Below the pieces are notes generated by a model. The model made no database searches. It was given only the letters and a program-made list of their open reading frames with translations, and was not told the DNA's origin. DNA of 64,000 bases. Origin: Cyanophora paradoxa CCMP329. Taxonomy: Eukaryota > Plantae > Glaucophyta. The stretch lies in contig QPMI01000638.1 in the NCBI GenBank assembly GCA_004431415.1, forward strand, positions 175,728 to 239,727. Direction: 5' to 3'. Both the position numbers and the translations under genes were made by a program. Shown in pieces: positions 13,065 to 26,544 of this stretch (positions are counted from its first letter, which is position 1; each line of letters starts with the position of its first letter).

Positions 13065-13260
13065 ACAAGACGCGATGCCGCACTCGCCGTGCGGGCACAT
13101 GTAGCTCTAGCTAGCTAGAGTGTCCGTGGGGACACTGGCCACGCAGGGCCCGGTTGGTCAGTTCGCTGATGGGCTGGGCCCGCGGCCGCAGCGACCACAG
13201 TGTACATTCCCACACTTGTAGCCCGGACTTGTGGTTTGAATTCGTGCCCAAATGCTGAGT
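13065..13260 (+). repeat. Dispersed repeat family C copy
   Basis: Matches 7145-7430. Confidence 0.85.
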
Positions 13261-13284
13261 TTACGCCGAACACACTAGCTGGGC

Positions 13285-15318
13285 TCAACTTTCGTCAGAG
13301 TCCTCTGGAGGTGCAAGATCTGATGGAGACCCCTTTGTTGGCGTAATGAAGCACTCCGGGGGTATAGCATCCTGATGCCGCGGGGTCCAGTTGCAGGCAA
13401 AGAAGAGGTCTGGTCGAGCGTAGAAGTTGAGAGGCGGGCATGCAATGATTTTTCCAGCCTCGAAAATCACTGGGAGCCCCCGGCGAGCAAGGTGCGGAAG
13501 CCATCTGAATGCATGAAGAAAGGTGAGGGAGGAGCACGCAAGAAGTCTAAAATCTGCACTCGTACCTTAAGCCTTTGATCCACGGAATCTGTGCTTTGAC
13601 TGAAAGCCAGTCATTAGGGGACATTTGTCTTATGGTGAGGGGTCCACAGGAAACGGGTGTCTGGGTCTTGGCATGAGGAGAAATTCGAACGAGCCACCTT
13701 CACCAACCGTCAGCCCGTCTGATCTCTGCAGATGAGAGGCGGAAACTCACCTCCCATCCCAAAGCAGCGATTTCCCCAATGTGGTTGGTTCTTCTGCCGA
13801 ATCTCGTGGGTTTTCAGCGTTTGGCTGGTGCTCTTCACGAGTCACAAGGATCGCCTCCTTCACTTTAGTGAACGACTGGAGTTTGCAGCCCCCTGGAAGA
13901 TGTTTAGGAAGATGTTTAGGAAGGCACAACGACCTATGGACAACAGGAGCGCACCCAGGGTCGTTCCAGAATTGAGACCACCCTCATCACAAATCCTGTT
14001 CGAAAAATCACAAACAGAAGGCAGCAGCGGGGAAGCACCAACCTCTGCAACAATCTAGAGACCTGGTCTGTGTCAGGGGCGTATTGCATGCCTCCAATGT
14101 TCAAAAGAACTCGTGTCAGAACCCTCATTCCGACCTGCGATATTAGACAGCATGGTTACACTCAATTCCTTGAGAGCAGGTTGGGGGACTCACCGACTGG
14201 GGAAGATTGCGGAACTCTTCACCGGCATTGAAAAAAGCATACCCGTACTTCGGAAAGACACGACATGACGTCTTCAAGAATTCCGTGGCTTTTTCGTTCA
14301 GTGCGTCCCGGTGCAGCTGCATGTGGTGGGCAGTAGTTGCGAACTGCTGGACTACTGAGCTGCTCGCAAGCTGTACAGAAGACTCTCTTCCGAGTGAGTC
14401 GGCCAGTCCCCTCGAATCGATGGTAGACAACGTGTGTCGAACGCGAGCCCTGTAGAATGCCTGGTTGCCATTAGAGGGGTCTTCAATCCATTCCTGGCCT
14501 CCCTCAGAACAGACATTTTGCAGATCGCCCTGTACATAAACTTAGAATATAGAAGAGTGAAATCGGGGAGGAGGAAGATAGGGGTGCTGGCCTTCGTTTC
14601 ATCAAGGATGGGCCGGAGGAGCTTCACACTATCCGCAAGGCTTGTAACTGGTGACATGCACGCGAGCCCGTCCACCCCACTTGCACGTGAGAAACGAAGC
14701 ACGAGAGTCTCAGCCTACGGAGCAGGAGAGATGAGTCGTTCGCATGACGGCATCGCGGATACGGACCTGGTCCTCGATTTGGTGCCCCGTGAGAAGGAAG
14801 CGAATACGATTCGCGAGGCAAAAATCGCGAAGCATGTCGTATCGCTTTTCGCGGGCAGCTTTGAGCATTCGCGCGGTCGAAGGCGGTCCGCCTGGCCAGG
14901 AGACGGTGAGTGTGTCGTGAGGGATTCCTGCGCCGCGAAACGCAGCGTAAGCCACATAGCAACATCGACACGCATAACTTCGCTTTGCTTCACCTCGACT
15001 CCGCATCCAGTCGCGCACGCGCGCGGCCTCGGCCGAGCTCTCGGGCCGCAGGCCGTGATCCACGGTCACGGCGCGAATGCGTACGCGGTTCTCGCGCGCC
15101 CACTTGTGGGCCAGCAAGCAGAGGGCCATGCTATCCGATCCACCGGAAACCGCGACGGCTGCAGGATGCGTGAGCTGCGCTCGCAACCACCGGAGCAGGG
15201 ACGGCGAACCGACAACATGCCCCGGTTTAACGGCGCCAGCCGCAGTCAAATTGCGCGCGAGGGATGATCTTATGGCATCCGCAGATCGCCGAGCGGTGGT
15301 TCCAGCGCTTGCCTGCAT
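13285..15318 (-). CDS. tilS: tRNA(Ile)-lysidine synthase, probably organellar
   Basis: PP-loop AVAVSGGSDSMAL, VDHGLRPES, AREKRY, LLTGHQIEDQ|AETLVLRFSRASGVDGL, LLRPIL; N-terminus resembles a targeting peptide. 3' end approximate. Confidence 0.88.
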
Positions 15319-15740
15319 AGCACCTAGACCGACGGGGTGTAATCGCGACTGCAGCGCTAGCTGCGCCCGCAGTTCAGCGGCGGTTCACACGCCGGTAACG
15401 CGGCCGGTTGAACCCGGTTCTTGCGAGGGGGTACGGCGCCGGAAGCGCAGTTCGCCCTCGTGCGGCGACTCGCGGGAGCGCCGCTTTGATGGCGGGCTTT
15501 GAGTTGATGGTAAGCGTGCAGCGATGTCCTCCCTGCTTCTTCATCCAACTCCTTGCGTTTAGGAGACGCTGAGCCTTCTCGCGGCTACGAAAAGCAGCCT
15601 CGGCGCCCTCTCGAGCGCCAAACGCAACCACGTTCATGGGCGCTCGTGCTGTCATCACACGGTGAGTTCAGATCCCGTCCGTGCCCGCATTACAAATCGC
15701 CCGGACGCCCGCGCGCCCGCCCCGGCGTGTGCGCTCGGCA

Positions 15741-18700
15741 ATGCCGCGTGATCTCGCCATCACTATCTAGAACACTGTTATGCAGCCGCGCTCCGAGGAC
15801 GCATGCGGGGTCGGCTCTTGTTCAGGCCGCCTGCGCAGGATCACAAGCGCCTTGGCGAGTTCTGGTCACTTGCATCTCCCGCCGACCGCAAGAGCAGCAG
15901 CCTCATTGATCTCTCCGTGCGTTCGCTGCGCATCCGTCCCGTTGCGCTGCCTCACTCCTGCTTTTCGGGCGCCAGTTCCTTTGCAATACGCTCCGTCAGA
16001 TCGGGTTCCCGTCTGCATTTCTGTCTGAGAGCCTAGACACTCGGAGGCGAGAGTGGCCGAAGCGCGTCGTGGCCACGATTCCGCCCCCTCTGTACGCTGC
16101 ACGGGAGATCCTGGCGTTGCTGCGCTTCGAGGTCGAGGTCACCACAGTGCAGGTTCGGGTTTGTTCGCCGCTCTGTGTCGAGACCACGCCCAGTCTGATC
16201 AGCTTCTGTCCCGTTGAAGTACTCGACCAAGGAGTTTGGAGAGACCAGAGTCATTTGCAAGCGCCCCTCTAAAGTTGATCTTGGGCCGGGCATCCTCCAA
16301 GGCCCGGGGGAGGGGTGCCTCCCCCCGGGAAAGTCTCTCAATGTTGTTTGCCAAGAGTCCCTGGGTGAATTTTCGGGAAGCACCTTGGACTCATTATCTG
16401 GAGACGATCGACTGAAGAATATTTACGTTAACATCACATTGACGGTCTCCGACGAATCGCCAAGCTCGGAGCGGGCTGTTGTGTATCGCAACTCCCAGGT
16501 TGTTCTCATGTGGGAGTTCCCACTCTCGGAGTTGTATGGGTTCGTTCTTCCTCCCACCTCGCCATTCATTCCGGTTGTGACCATTTGTTTCATTCGCAGG
16601 GAAATTGTCGAGCACAATTTTCAGCCGGCTCTTAAGCAGGTTGGTGAGTCGTTCACGCGAGACCTGCATGCCGTTACGAAAGGCAAGGTCACATCCGATG
16701 GTCTGCAGAATTTCTGGGGGGCCCGGTTCGTAAAACCCCACTTTTGTGAGGACATACATATTTGTCCTAATGGTTCTCGAGCAGACTCGACTGCTGGTGC
16801 TCAAAGGATGGTAAGAGTAAGGGCTCTTGCGGAAAGGCACCAAAGGAGAAGAAGGGTGGCGCTTGCGACGGCCGCCCGAAGGTCTCTGTAGACTACATCC
16901 CAGGTCGAGATATCTATTCGCTCCGTAGCTTCTCAGTGCGCCTGTGGGTCTCTTTCTTCCGTCACCGCATTTGAACTGGACGGCAGGTTACTCTGTCTTG
17001 GGGGCAGATCGATCGGCATCTATTTCATGACGTCAAGAATGTGAAGGTGCAATCACCGTGTCATTCAGCACTGTGGTTCTTTGTGACCTCGGCCTTGAAG
17101 ATGGTGTCTCCGAGCGCCCATGAGCGTGTACTGCGGACGGGCCTTGCCATATTCTCGTCCCAGGAGGCGCTGGAGTCGGGTGTCAACGAGCTCTGTGTAA
17201 CAGACAGCACAGCGTCTTGGCCTTCGTTGCTCAACGCTTCAAACCCGGAAACGCGCGTGAAATTAGAGGACATTTTGCAGGCTCGTTTTTTTCCCGCGTC
17301 TCAGCTTTCGCTCATGTCCACATCTAATGTGCTTTGTAGGCTGGTGAAGCAGCACCCTCAATTTCGGAGGCCGTGAAGTGGAGTGTCGACGAGTACTTGA
17401 CGTCCGTATTGATTCTTTTACGATTAAATCAGCAGAGACCTGACAGGCTTACAGAGCTGCCGATCTTCGTCTAAGCCCTCTTGCCCCTGCTGCCTCGAAT
17501 CCATCGCTCGAGAGCGATGACAGCACGTCTGCGACCTCAATGCCCTTAGCAAACAAGCCAAAAGCTCCCATCGCAAAGGAGAAAGATGACAGTAAGGACG
17601 ATGTCGAAGGGGTGAATCCTTTCGGCACTGGAGCTCTAGAGCATGTCTCCCGGGAATACGACGCGCTTGAGAAGAGGTGGGCCTCGTGTTCACTTCCCAA
17701 GACGTCATGCAGATGATGGGAAATTGCATCAGATTGCTTGAGCTGCATCGCAAAGATCGGGCGCTGGAGGCTCGCCTTCGTGAGATCGATGGGGCGTTGG
17801 CTGCGATTGAGAGCCGCATTTTTCCCGCAGCAGGAATCGTGAATTCGGCTGGAACTCCGCTGCTTGACTGTCCGAAACCCCCCTTATTTTACTCCTGCTG
17901 TGTCATTCCAGGCTCACGTATTCTCCAGCACACAAGTGTCTGGAAGGAAAGGCCGGCCTGCTGGGGGAGTCTAGCGGCACTGTTCAGCTCCCAACGGGCT
18001 CATCCTACTTCGTCAGGGTTTATGAGCTCACTGTTGGCACCGATGCATACCACCGGCACAGGTGTGCAGCGGTTCCCACTTTCTGTAATGATTCTTCGAA
18101 CAATGTCCCTAGGAAATCAACATCGGTCATCCGTGAGAAGGCAGAGAAGCAACATCAACAGCAGTCATCAAGTTCACCCGCCGGCACTTCTGCCGTTGCT
18201 GCCTGTGGAAGCTCGTCGGGCTCCGGATCAGCTTCTTGTGCAGCATCGAAAGAAGGGGTAGCACAGGCTCTTGCAGCTGCTGGTGGAGATGGCATAGTAG
18301 ATGCAGAGGTCGCCCTCGGTGCTCAATGCAGAAGAGAAGCTGTCAAGGTACAGTGGCCTTGAGAGATTGCACTTTGTACTCTGATTGTCCATTTTGGAAG
18401 GTCCATTGCCGCAACTGGTCTAGGGAAATGCTCCATGCGAAGACCAACCAACAACCGAAAGGTGCACACAATAGCCAACAGTTTCCACTTGATTGGTGGT
18501 TTGAAAATTCTTACACGTGCTCCAGGCAAACGGGTCATTGCAGGCTATGCCCAAAGCTGGCTTGACCCCTGGCTGGGTGTTGCGAAAGTTCAAGGGGAAT
18601 TGATGGATGCAGCGCTTCGGTATGTTATCTTGACAAAAGCTGCCCCCGTCGTATCGTATACAGCTTACCTGCAAACCAGCTACCTCGAGCTCGATTCTGA

Positions 18701-20352
18701 GCGCAGTGATGTGGATGCTGAAGCTGCCAGGTGCAAGGACGCATTGCATTGGTTTCGGTAAGTCTTGTAAAAGACACTGCCCGTGTTTTCTGACGCATAC
18801 CACAGTGAGCAAGAGTCCAGAAGGCGCCAGCTCGTACGTGCTTACATGCTGTCCCGACTTCGGGATGGCTCTCATTGCTCGCATTGCAGCTCGACTCTGG
18901 TGTGGTTCTTATTGCTTCAACGGCGGCGGCTGTGTTTCTACACAAGCTGATGGACTGTCAATCGGCTCATGCGGACCGTGTCCTTCATGATCTTCTCCAG
19001 GAGGAGGAGGCCCAGGCAAAGAGCGAGAAGAAAAAGGGCAAGAAGGCATCATCATCAGCGAAGCTGAAGAAGAATGCGGAAGTGGAACGGGAAAGCCCAG
19101 CAGTGAGTTCAGGCAAGGAGGAGCATGCCGTTCTGCCAGCACCAGTGCCCACACAGAAGCCTGCCAAGGCTGGCAAGATGGTGAAGCACAACCCCAAAGG
19201 GCCCGATGCAGGGAATGGCAATCCTGCACTTGTGCAGAGGTCGATTGAGAATCCGGCAAGCACTCCTTCAGCAGTCACCACTCGGCCAGGACAAACAAAA
19301 GCAGCTGCTGTGGCACCTTCAAGCTCTCAGGCAACTTTGCAGAAATCCGATCCTTGTGAAGACTCAGTGAGCACACCTGAACAGCCAAGGAGGAGCAACC
19401 GAGAAGCCCGCAATCTTCCAACAGTCTGCCACCCGTCGCAGCCTCGGCCTCCTGATCCATCACCTTCCACCCCCGAGCCCTCGACTCCACCTGCCAAAGC
19501 TACAGGTTCGTCGAAGAAGGCATCTCAGCACAAAGCAGATGCCTTCTTTGTCGAGAGGAGTCTGGCTGAAGAAGCTGTAGTAGCAACGGGGTCAGCAGTG
19601 AGCAGCATGGATGCTTCAGCAGGGGCCTGGTCTGATGAATCAGGCCGGTCAACACCATCTCCTCCTCGGCAACGTGCAGCCCACATGGGTGAGAGGGTAG
19701 ATGTGCAGCCGCAGTCTCAGCTTGAGGAGCTCCAGCAGAATTGGGCCAGTCTGAAGGTCAGCCACGGCAAGCTGCAGGCCGCCCAAAGTCGAGCGGAGGC
19801 AGATGCACGCCAAGCGAAGGAGGCGCTGGAAGTGGCTCTCGGTGAGCTGTCTCAACGAGACGCAGCTTTACAGGCGGCATACCAGCAAATTGCGGCCTTC
19901 CAGGTTCTCCTTGAGCAGCAGCAGCAGCAGCTAGAGGCATCGGAGAGAGGTCGAAGGGAGGCAGAGCGTAACGTTAGGCTTTTGGGTGGAGATCAAGAAC
20001 AGCTGCGTAGTCTCCGGTACAACGAGGTGAGTCCTGCAATGTTTGGCCGTCACAAAGCTAACTTGTCAGTAGCTGGAGTTCATTGAGGCGACCCTCAAGG
20101 CTGCGTTGGAGAGGACGATTGCAACCCGGATATGCGCAACACAATCTTGGAGCCTGCTGCGTTGTATGATCTGCAATGCCGCCGAGGTACGAGCACTGTG
20201 TGACACATGTCTCATGAGCTCATATGTGTGACCACGATTAGGCGACTCTTGTATTTGCCCCGTGCGGACACAAGGCTTGCCCCAACTGCGGATCACACTG
20301 CGAGGCTTGTGCTAATTGCGGATCACATGTAGAAAAACGTGATGTTCTATAG
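15741..20352 (+). CDS. Large protein with low-complexity and coiled-coil regions and a C-terminal C3HC4 RING; 5' end uncertain, could be two genes
   Basis: Last exons CMICNAAE|ATLVFAPCGHKACPNCGSHCEACANC...DVL*; long exon 18875-20026 with coiled coil; spliced exons upstream to about 16 kb. Confidence 0.6.
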
Positions 20353-21158
20353 CTTGTGAAACGGATCACATGAGGAAAAAACGCGACTAGGACGTCGCAG
20401 GTTTTTTTGCAGACGATTACGATTAGACCCTAACCCTAAACGTAAGACGGGGGTCGTCGGTTTGCCGCCGTGATCCGCTGGATTGTGGCTCAGGCGGGCC
20501 AGCACTGCTCTAGTATGCCCCTAAGGGCCCGGTGCATGCCGGCTCAAGCCTTTGAAGCTCGTGCGCGCCCAGCACCATGACGACCAGCACCATGGCGCGA
20601 CTCGGCGAGCTTGAGGCCACAAGCTGTGTGGCCCACTGGGGGCCAGTTAGCGAAGGGGACCACTTTACTGTCATGACTCTCATGACTCTCATGACTCTAG
20701 TGATTAGGCTCCGAGACTGATCATGATCATGAGTACTAGTGGAGCCAGCAAACCGTTGAACGTTAACGTTACGTTGAATGCACAAGCGCGCCACTTCCCC
20801 ACAATTGTAGCTAGCTATCGCCTTGCAATTGCAGGCCGGGCCTCTTGAGGCACATATGTACATTTATAATGCAATAAAGGACACACACGGAGCTGGTCCG
20901 GATCCCTTCATGTTCGCACATATATATATGGTGTTCACAAATATTGGATTTAAGTGCTAAGGATTCCGTGAGCCTTGGCGCGGCGAGATGGCATGCGTAA
21001 TTGTTGTGAAACGTGAATGATCTATCGATTTGGTGGCCATGTGAGCTCGAGGAAGTCGGCTTTGATTAGGATTTGGGACACAGGGCTGGACAAGCTGTGA
21101 ATAGCTAGAGATGCATGCGCAGGAAGGGAGCTCGCCCTCTCCGGGACGGGACTGGGTG

Positions 21159-24100
21159 TCAGGTGACGCGGGTATTGTAAGAGGCGCAGTGGCCACAGCG
21201 GTGGTAGAGGAAGTGGAAACGGACGGTGCTCTTCTGCTCGCAGTCATTGCAGTAGATGTGGGAGGTGCGCCCTGCGTACTCGGCTGGCAGCACATCGTTT
21301 GCCACAAGCGTGTCCTGAGGAAGTCAAGAAATCAATGCCATGAAACAAACTATGTTGGAAAATATTATCACGCATCACCAACTGCGTACCAGCTGTGCGA
21401 ACAGAGCAGACATGTCGCCGAGTGATTTCAGACATATCGGACATGTGTACTGGTTCTGGACGTACGATCTGATCAAAGATCAGCACAGGAAAAAACTTCA
21501 AAGGGTCAGATCCATGGACCGAAAGCAGTCTGTATGCATGTAGTGCCCACAGCGAAGCATTTTAACCTGAGGGGCCGGTGAGAAGAGGTATGTGCCTGTG
21601 TCTGAACTGACAAGCCGACCTGAGTAGTGGAGGTGAACATATACTGATTACATATGGGGCAGTTTGACTCAAGAGAGTTCTGGAGGCAGCGGTGTTCTCG
21701 AAGAGACATCGCCATGCACGCGTTGCAGCGCATGCAGTGGAAGAAGTCGATTCCAAGGCCGCGCCCCATCCGGCAGATGTTGCAGAACGGGCAGTGGTAT
21801 ATCCACTTGCCGCCGTCATCATCAAAGAACTTGCCTGCTCTACAAAGTCAGCGGCGTTGAGCAGGCCCCACTGGGCAGGTGGGAGGGGGCGGACAGATGT
21901 GGCAGTAGTAGCGGGCGAGGGGCCGGCCGCAGCAGACGGGGGAGCGGCAGGTGGGCCCGACGGGCTGCACAGTACTGCAGCGCATGCAGAGCATCTCGCG
22001 GGTGGCGTATCTGGAGGGCCGTCAAGCGGGCACGGTGGGCGAGCGGGAGGATGCGGGCGCACCGGTCCATGGTGTGGTCCGAGGCGTCGTCGTGGCACAC
22101 GCGGCACGTGAAGAAGCGCCCGCAGCACGCCGCCCGCAGCTTGCACGACCTCTGGTAGTGCGCGCACCCCAGCACGCCCCGCTCTGTGCTCTGCGCGCCC
22201 CTCAGCGGAGGCGCCTGGCTTGGGGGGGCCAGGGGGGCGGACGTGGTAGGTGGGGTTGAGGTCAGTCCCGAGAGGATCCGAAGTAGAGCTAGAAGTGGTA
22301 GCCCCACAGGCTTCCAAATGCCGATCAAGAGCACCGACCCTGTTTGGAGAATGGTCCCGACCTTGGCGCCACCGCCGCGTCATCAGCGCCTGGATGCGGG
22401 CCGTCTTGGCCTGCACGTCGATGCTGGGGTCCCGTGCCACCGCGCGTATCGCCGCCTCGACGTCCTCCGCGCTCCCCGGCCCCTCCTCCTCCATCGCTCC
22501 CTCACCCTCCACCCCTGCCCCGGTGCCGGCGCCGTCGCGCAGGGTGGCGGCGGGCCGCCCTGTGCCCTCTTCGTCCTCCGGGAAGACCCACCAGCACGAG
22601 AGCCACTTCTCGAACATGGTGCCCATCGTGACCTGCGCCCATCCTGCTCGCGCCACCCCGGGCTGCAGTGGGCAGAGAGTGGCGCACCTTGCGGATGTGC
22701 CTCATCATGTTCCTGCTCTCTGATTCACTCAAGCTCTGCACCATCCATGGGAGCATCTGTTCCAGCATCGCTGATGGACGGTGCCCAATGATCCGGCCCA
22801 TCAGCGCCTAAACCAAGCATGAGCATGCGAAGGTAAAACCAAAGCTAGTGGGGCAAGCCTCCTGTTCTTCTTGAGAAAAAAAACTGCGTAGCTGGGGAAG
22901 GATTTCTCGCTCCTCCTTCAAAAGATGCAATGCCAGGCTCTCGACTAACGTCGAGGATCGAACCTTGGAGCAGAATAAGAAGAGGTTCAACAAAGCTCAA
23001 CATATAACGAGGGCAAAAGCACACTCGGATTTCTGACAACAGCTCTTCGCGTTCACGGGCTGCCACTTCTGGAGCCAGCGCCCGGTGTATGAGCTTGTGG
23101 AGTTCTTCAAAGAGGTGGCGCTCGCAATCATGCTCCATCTCGAAGCTCTTTGAGACCGCCAGCTGGAAGGAGCTTCTCTGTCAGTGGCTGCAAAGAGGGC
23201 AGCGCAGCCATAATGCAAACCTCGCCACGCTGGCGTAGCCGGGCATCCAGAGCAGGGAAAAACACACGATCCTCCCCTTGGCTGTGGTCCTTCACCACGT
23301 TCCATAGCGTGTGGAAGCGTTCCGCAAGTGCGGCCACCTGCAAGATGTACAAGATGTGTCATTGTGAGGAAGGGGACGTTTGTTGGAGGGGAAAGAAGTC
23401 AGCGCTTTCGAACCTCGGTGTCACGAGCAGGGTCAACCCGGCGAGATGCGAGTTCAATGTCTTTGAACTCCCCCCGGATCGCCTCGTGTATAACACAAAT
23501 AATGTCAACAGGGTCGACTATCCTCACGGTGCCAGCGGCGTGAACGCGTAGCATCCACACGGAGGGGATTGTCTTCGACACCTGGTCTGCTAGCTGCAGC
23601 TGCTCTTGGTGGGTAAATAGCTTTCGCATTAGCGGCAGGAGCTCCTTCTCCTCGCGGCTCAGGTGGAAGCCGAGGTTCGTGTCGAGGACGGTCAGCTTGT
23701 GCACCGCCTGCGCCACCAGCTGCGCCCGCACGCTGAGGTCCGCTGTCACCAGTGTGCTCTGGAGCAGCTCCGCTATAGCGCAGAAGAAGCGGTCCTCGTT
23801 CTCGTGGTCGCAGCTGTACGGCGCCGATACTCCATGCTGGTCGGGCTCCGCTGGCTGCGGAGGAGTGTGCACGTGGTGGTCGCCATGCACTTCGAACTGC
23901 TTTGCCAGAGACCGCAGACGATTGGTCAGCGCAGGCAAAACTATCTCGTCTTCCGCCTTGCTGTGGTCCTTGAGCATCGCCTCGAGAAAACTGAATCGAC
24001 TCTCGAGGGCTCGCAGCTTGCACTCGTCGAAAGGGCCCGCCAGCTCCATCGCCGATGCCTCCAAATTCACCAGCTCCATACGGATTACCTTGTGCATATG

Positions 24101-24298
24101 TACGAGCTCTGTTATCGGCCCATCGTCGGCCTGCGCACGCGGGTCGGCACCACGGTATTCGGCCCGGCGACCAGCTACAGCTACAGCCCCGTATGAATGG
24201 GGCCAACACGCGCTAGCTGATATCGCGTGCCGCATCAACACGCAAAGTAGATCTAGGAGGTCAGGGGGCGGCGCGCGTACCTCGACATCGTCTTCCAT
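21159..24298 (-). CDS. BTS: Hemerythrin + CHY/CTCHY/RING/Zn-ribbon E3 ligase (BRUTUS/HRZ-like iron sensor)
   Basis: Repeated hemerythrin motifs (HKVIRMEL, DHSKAEDEIVLPAL, HLSREEKELLPL); CHY GCAHYQRSCKLRAACC; RING CPICNQYMF; terminal YCNDC...CGHCASYNTR. Confidence 0.93.
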
Positions 24299-24610
24299 AA
24301 GAGCCCCGCGCTGAAAACTGCGCAGGGGGTCGGCAACGTGCGGCCGCCCCCCGCGCGCGTGAAGTGTCCAGCACGAACCGGCGCAGCGCTCGATGCGCCC
24401 GTTGAGCGCTCCCGTCGGTGGAGCTCTGCTCAGAGTGCGCGCCGGGGCTACGCAGGGCGGCCGGCGCTGAGTGGCTGATGCACAGAGTGGCAGAGAGTGC
24501 GGCACCGGGGGTACAGAGATACAAAGAGGTTGAACCGCCATCCCCGCGCGCGAGCCCCAGTGCGGCTCTCCCCAAGCGAATCGTACCGTACACAGCCGAC
24601 GTGATGCGCG

Positions 24611-24905
24611 ATGCATCACGTTGAGAGCGTCCGGCGGCTGTGCGGACGTAGGCTGCGCATGCAGCTCGCGGATTCTCGATCGTTCACGGGCCGGCTCCTG
24701 TGCTTCGATCAGGTAATACACGCGCGCGTCCCGCCATTGCAGCCCTCGTTGAGGGGGCTTGCAGCAAGGGAACATTCTTTTACGGGACACCGAGGAGGTG
24801 CGGGCAATCAGCGGCGGGCCAGCTTCGACAAGATTCGTTGGGCTGGCTGTCGTTCCTCTGAGAGCCGTCGTGCAGTGCGAGGCCCTCGTCTCCGCGGACT
24901 CGTAG
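24611..24905 (+). CDS. NAA38: Sm/LSm-domain protein, NatC auxiliary subunit-like
   Basis: LRMQLADSRSFTGRLLCFDQ|QGNILLRDTEE...RFVGLAVVP; one intron. Confidence 0.75.
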
Positions 24906-24909
24906 AAAT

Positions 24910-25125
24910 TGCGCTTTCTACGCTACGGGCGCGAGCCGGACCTCCTACCTCAGCGCTTTAACTATACCCGTGCTGTTAGGGATGAGAGCATAACCCGCAG
25001 GGACTGGTGCCCTGATGGAAAAAAGGGGATCGGAGCCTAGTTGGCTACGAGCCGAGCAGGCGCTTCGCGTCCACGCCCGTGCAGTAGCGGATGAGGCTGC
25101 TCCTGCGGGAGGTTTGTGCGATCAG
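24910..25125 (-). repeat. Dispersed repeat family D, copy 1 (end ...cccgtagcgtagaaagcGCA)
   Basis: Matches 25678-25881, 25960-26173 (inverted) and 42953-43110. Confidence 0.9.
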
Positions 25126-25524
25126 TACGATTATGACCACGATTAGGGGGCTACTAGGCTAGGAGGCGAGCTCTGGCCAACTGAAAAATTACGATTACGA
25201 TTATTAGGGGGCTGGGAGGCTAGCTCTGGATTACGATCAGGGGGCCAGGAGGCGAGCTCTGGCCAACTCCGCGGGCTCTTGGAAATCGAATTTTAAGCAT
25301 TTGGGCACGTACTAATTTCGCAAGTCCGTGCTACAAGTGTGGGATGTACACTGCGGCCACCGTGGCAGCGGGCCCAGCCCACCAGCAAGCGAGGGCCGCA
25401 CCTTCCTACGCGTAGCCCAGACAGGCGTAGTACACAGCTAGCTAGCTCTGTCTAACGCTGAACGCAATCATTATGGTTCAACACTGTGACAGGGCATTTC
25501 AAATTAAAAGAGTTTCCTACGCGC

Positions 25525-26326
25525 ATGCTTATTCATGATTTCGCTCCGAGGCTCCGTAGTTATAGTCATTTCCGACCTGTCTGGATAGATATCGGCGCAA
25601 GCTCAGGCCTAGGGTTGGCCCAGTTGCAAAACTTGAAAGATCTAGAGGCCCGTGCAGCGCGTTAAATATATACTAGTTGCTCTTTCTACGCTACGGGCGC
25701 GCCGGACCTCCTTCCTACAGCGCTTTAACTGTACCCGTGCTGTTAGGGATGAGAGCGTAACCCGCAGGGACTGGTGCCCTGATGGAAAAAAGGGGATCGG
25801 AGCCTAGCGCTAGCTATAGCTACGAGCCGAGCAGGCGCTTCGCGTCCACGCCGGTGCCGTAGCGGATGAAGATGCTCCTGCAAGAGTACGATTACGATTG
25901 CGATCGTAATCGCCGCCCGATCGCGATCGTAATCGTACTGATCGCGATCGTAATCGTACTGATCGCACAGACCTCTCGCAGGAGCATCTTCATCCGCTAC
26001 GGCACGGGCGTGGACGCGAAGCGCCTGCTCGGCTCGTAGCCAACTAGGCTCCGATCCCCTTTTTTCCATCAGGGCACCAGTCCCTGCGGGTTACGCTCTC
26101 ATCCCTAACAGCACGGGTACAGTTAAAGCGCTGTAGGAAGGAGGTCCGGCGCGCCCGTAGCGTAGAAAGAGCAACTAGTATATATTTAACGCGCTGTACG
26201 GGCCTCTAGATCTTTCAAGTTTTGCAACTGGGCCAACCCTAGGCCTGAGCTTGCGCCGATATCTATCCAGACAGGTCGGAAATGACTATAACTACGGAGC
26301 CTCGGAGCGAAATCATGAATAAGCAT
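25525..26326. repeat. About 800-bp inverted repeat with ~350-bp arms, each containing family D
   Basis: 25525-25881 is the near-perfect reverse complement of about 25979-26326. Confidence 0.95.
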
Positions 26327-26544
26327 ATTGCAAGATTTATTCCGGGCCATGGCCAGCTTGCTGCATGCAGCGCCGTCGCTGCAGTGTACGTATCGTACTA
26401 GTATACGCACGTGCGAACGTTAACGTAGCTTATAAAGCACACGCAACACGCATACATTGAAGTGTACCCGTCAACGGAACCCTCGGCGTCCGGGATCCGC
26501 TGCTGGCCGTACGTAAAGCACTTTCGACCTCAAACGCGCGTAGG

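Noticed and set aside
15374-15658. 94-aa minus-strand ORF upstream of TilS
   Set aside because: No recognisable motif; lies in a probable promoter or UTR spacer
20427-20438. CCCTAACCCTAA interstitial telomere-like motif
   Set aside because: Only two units; could be chance, although it lies near a duplication boundary
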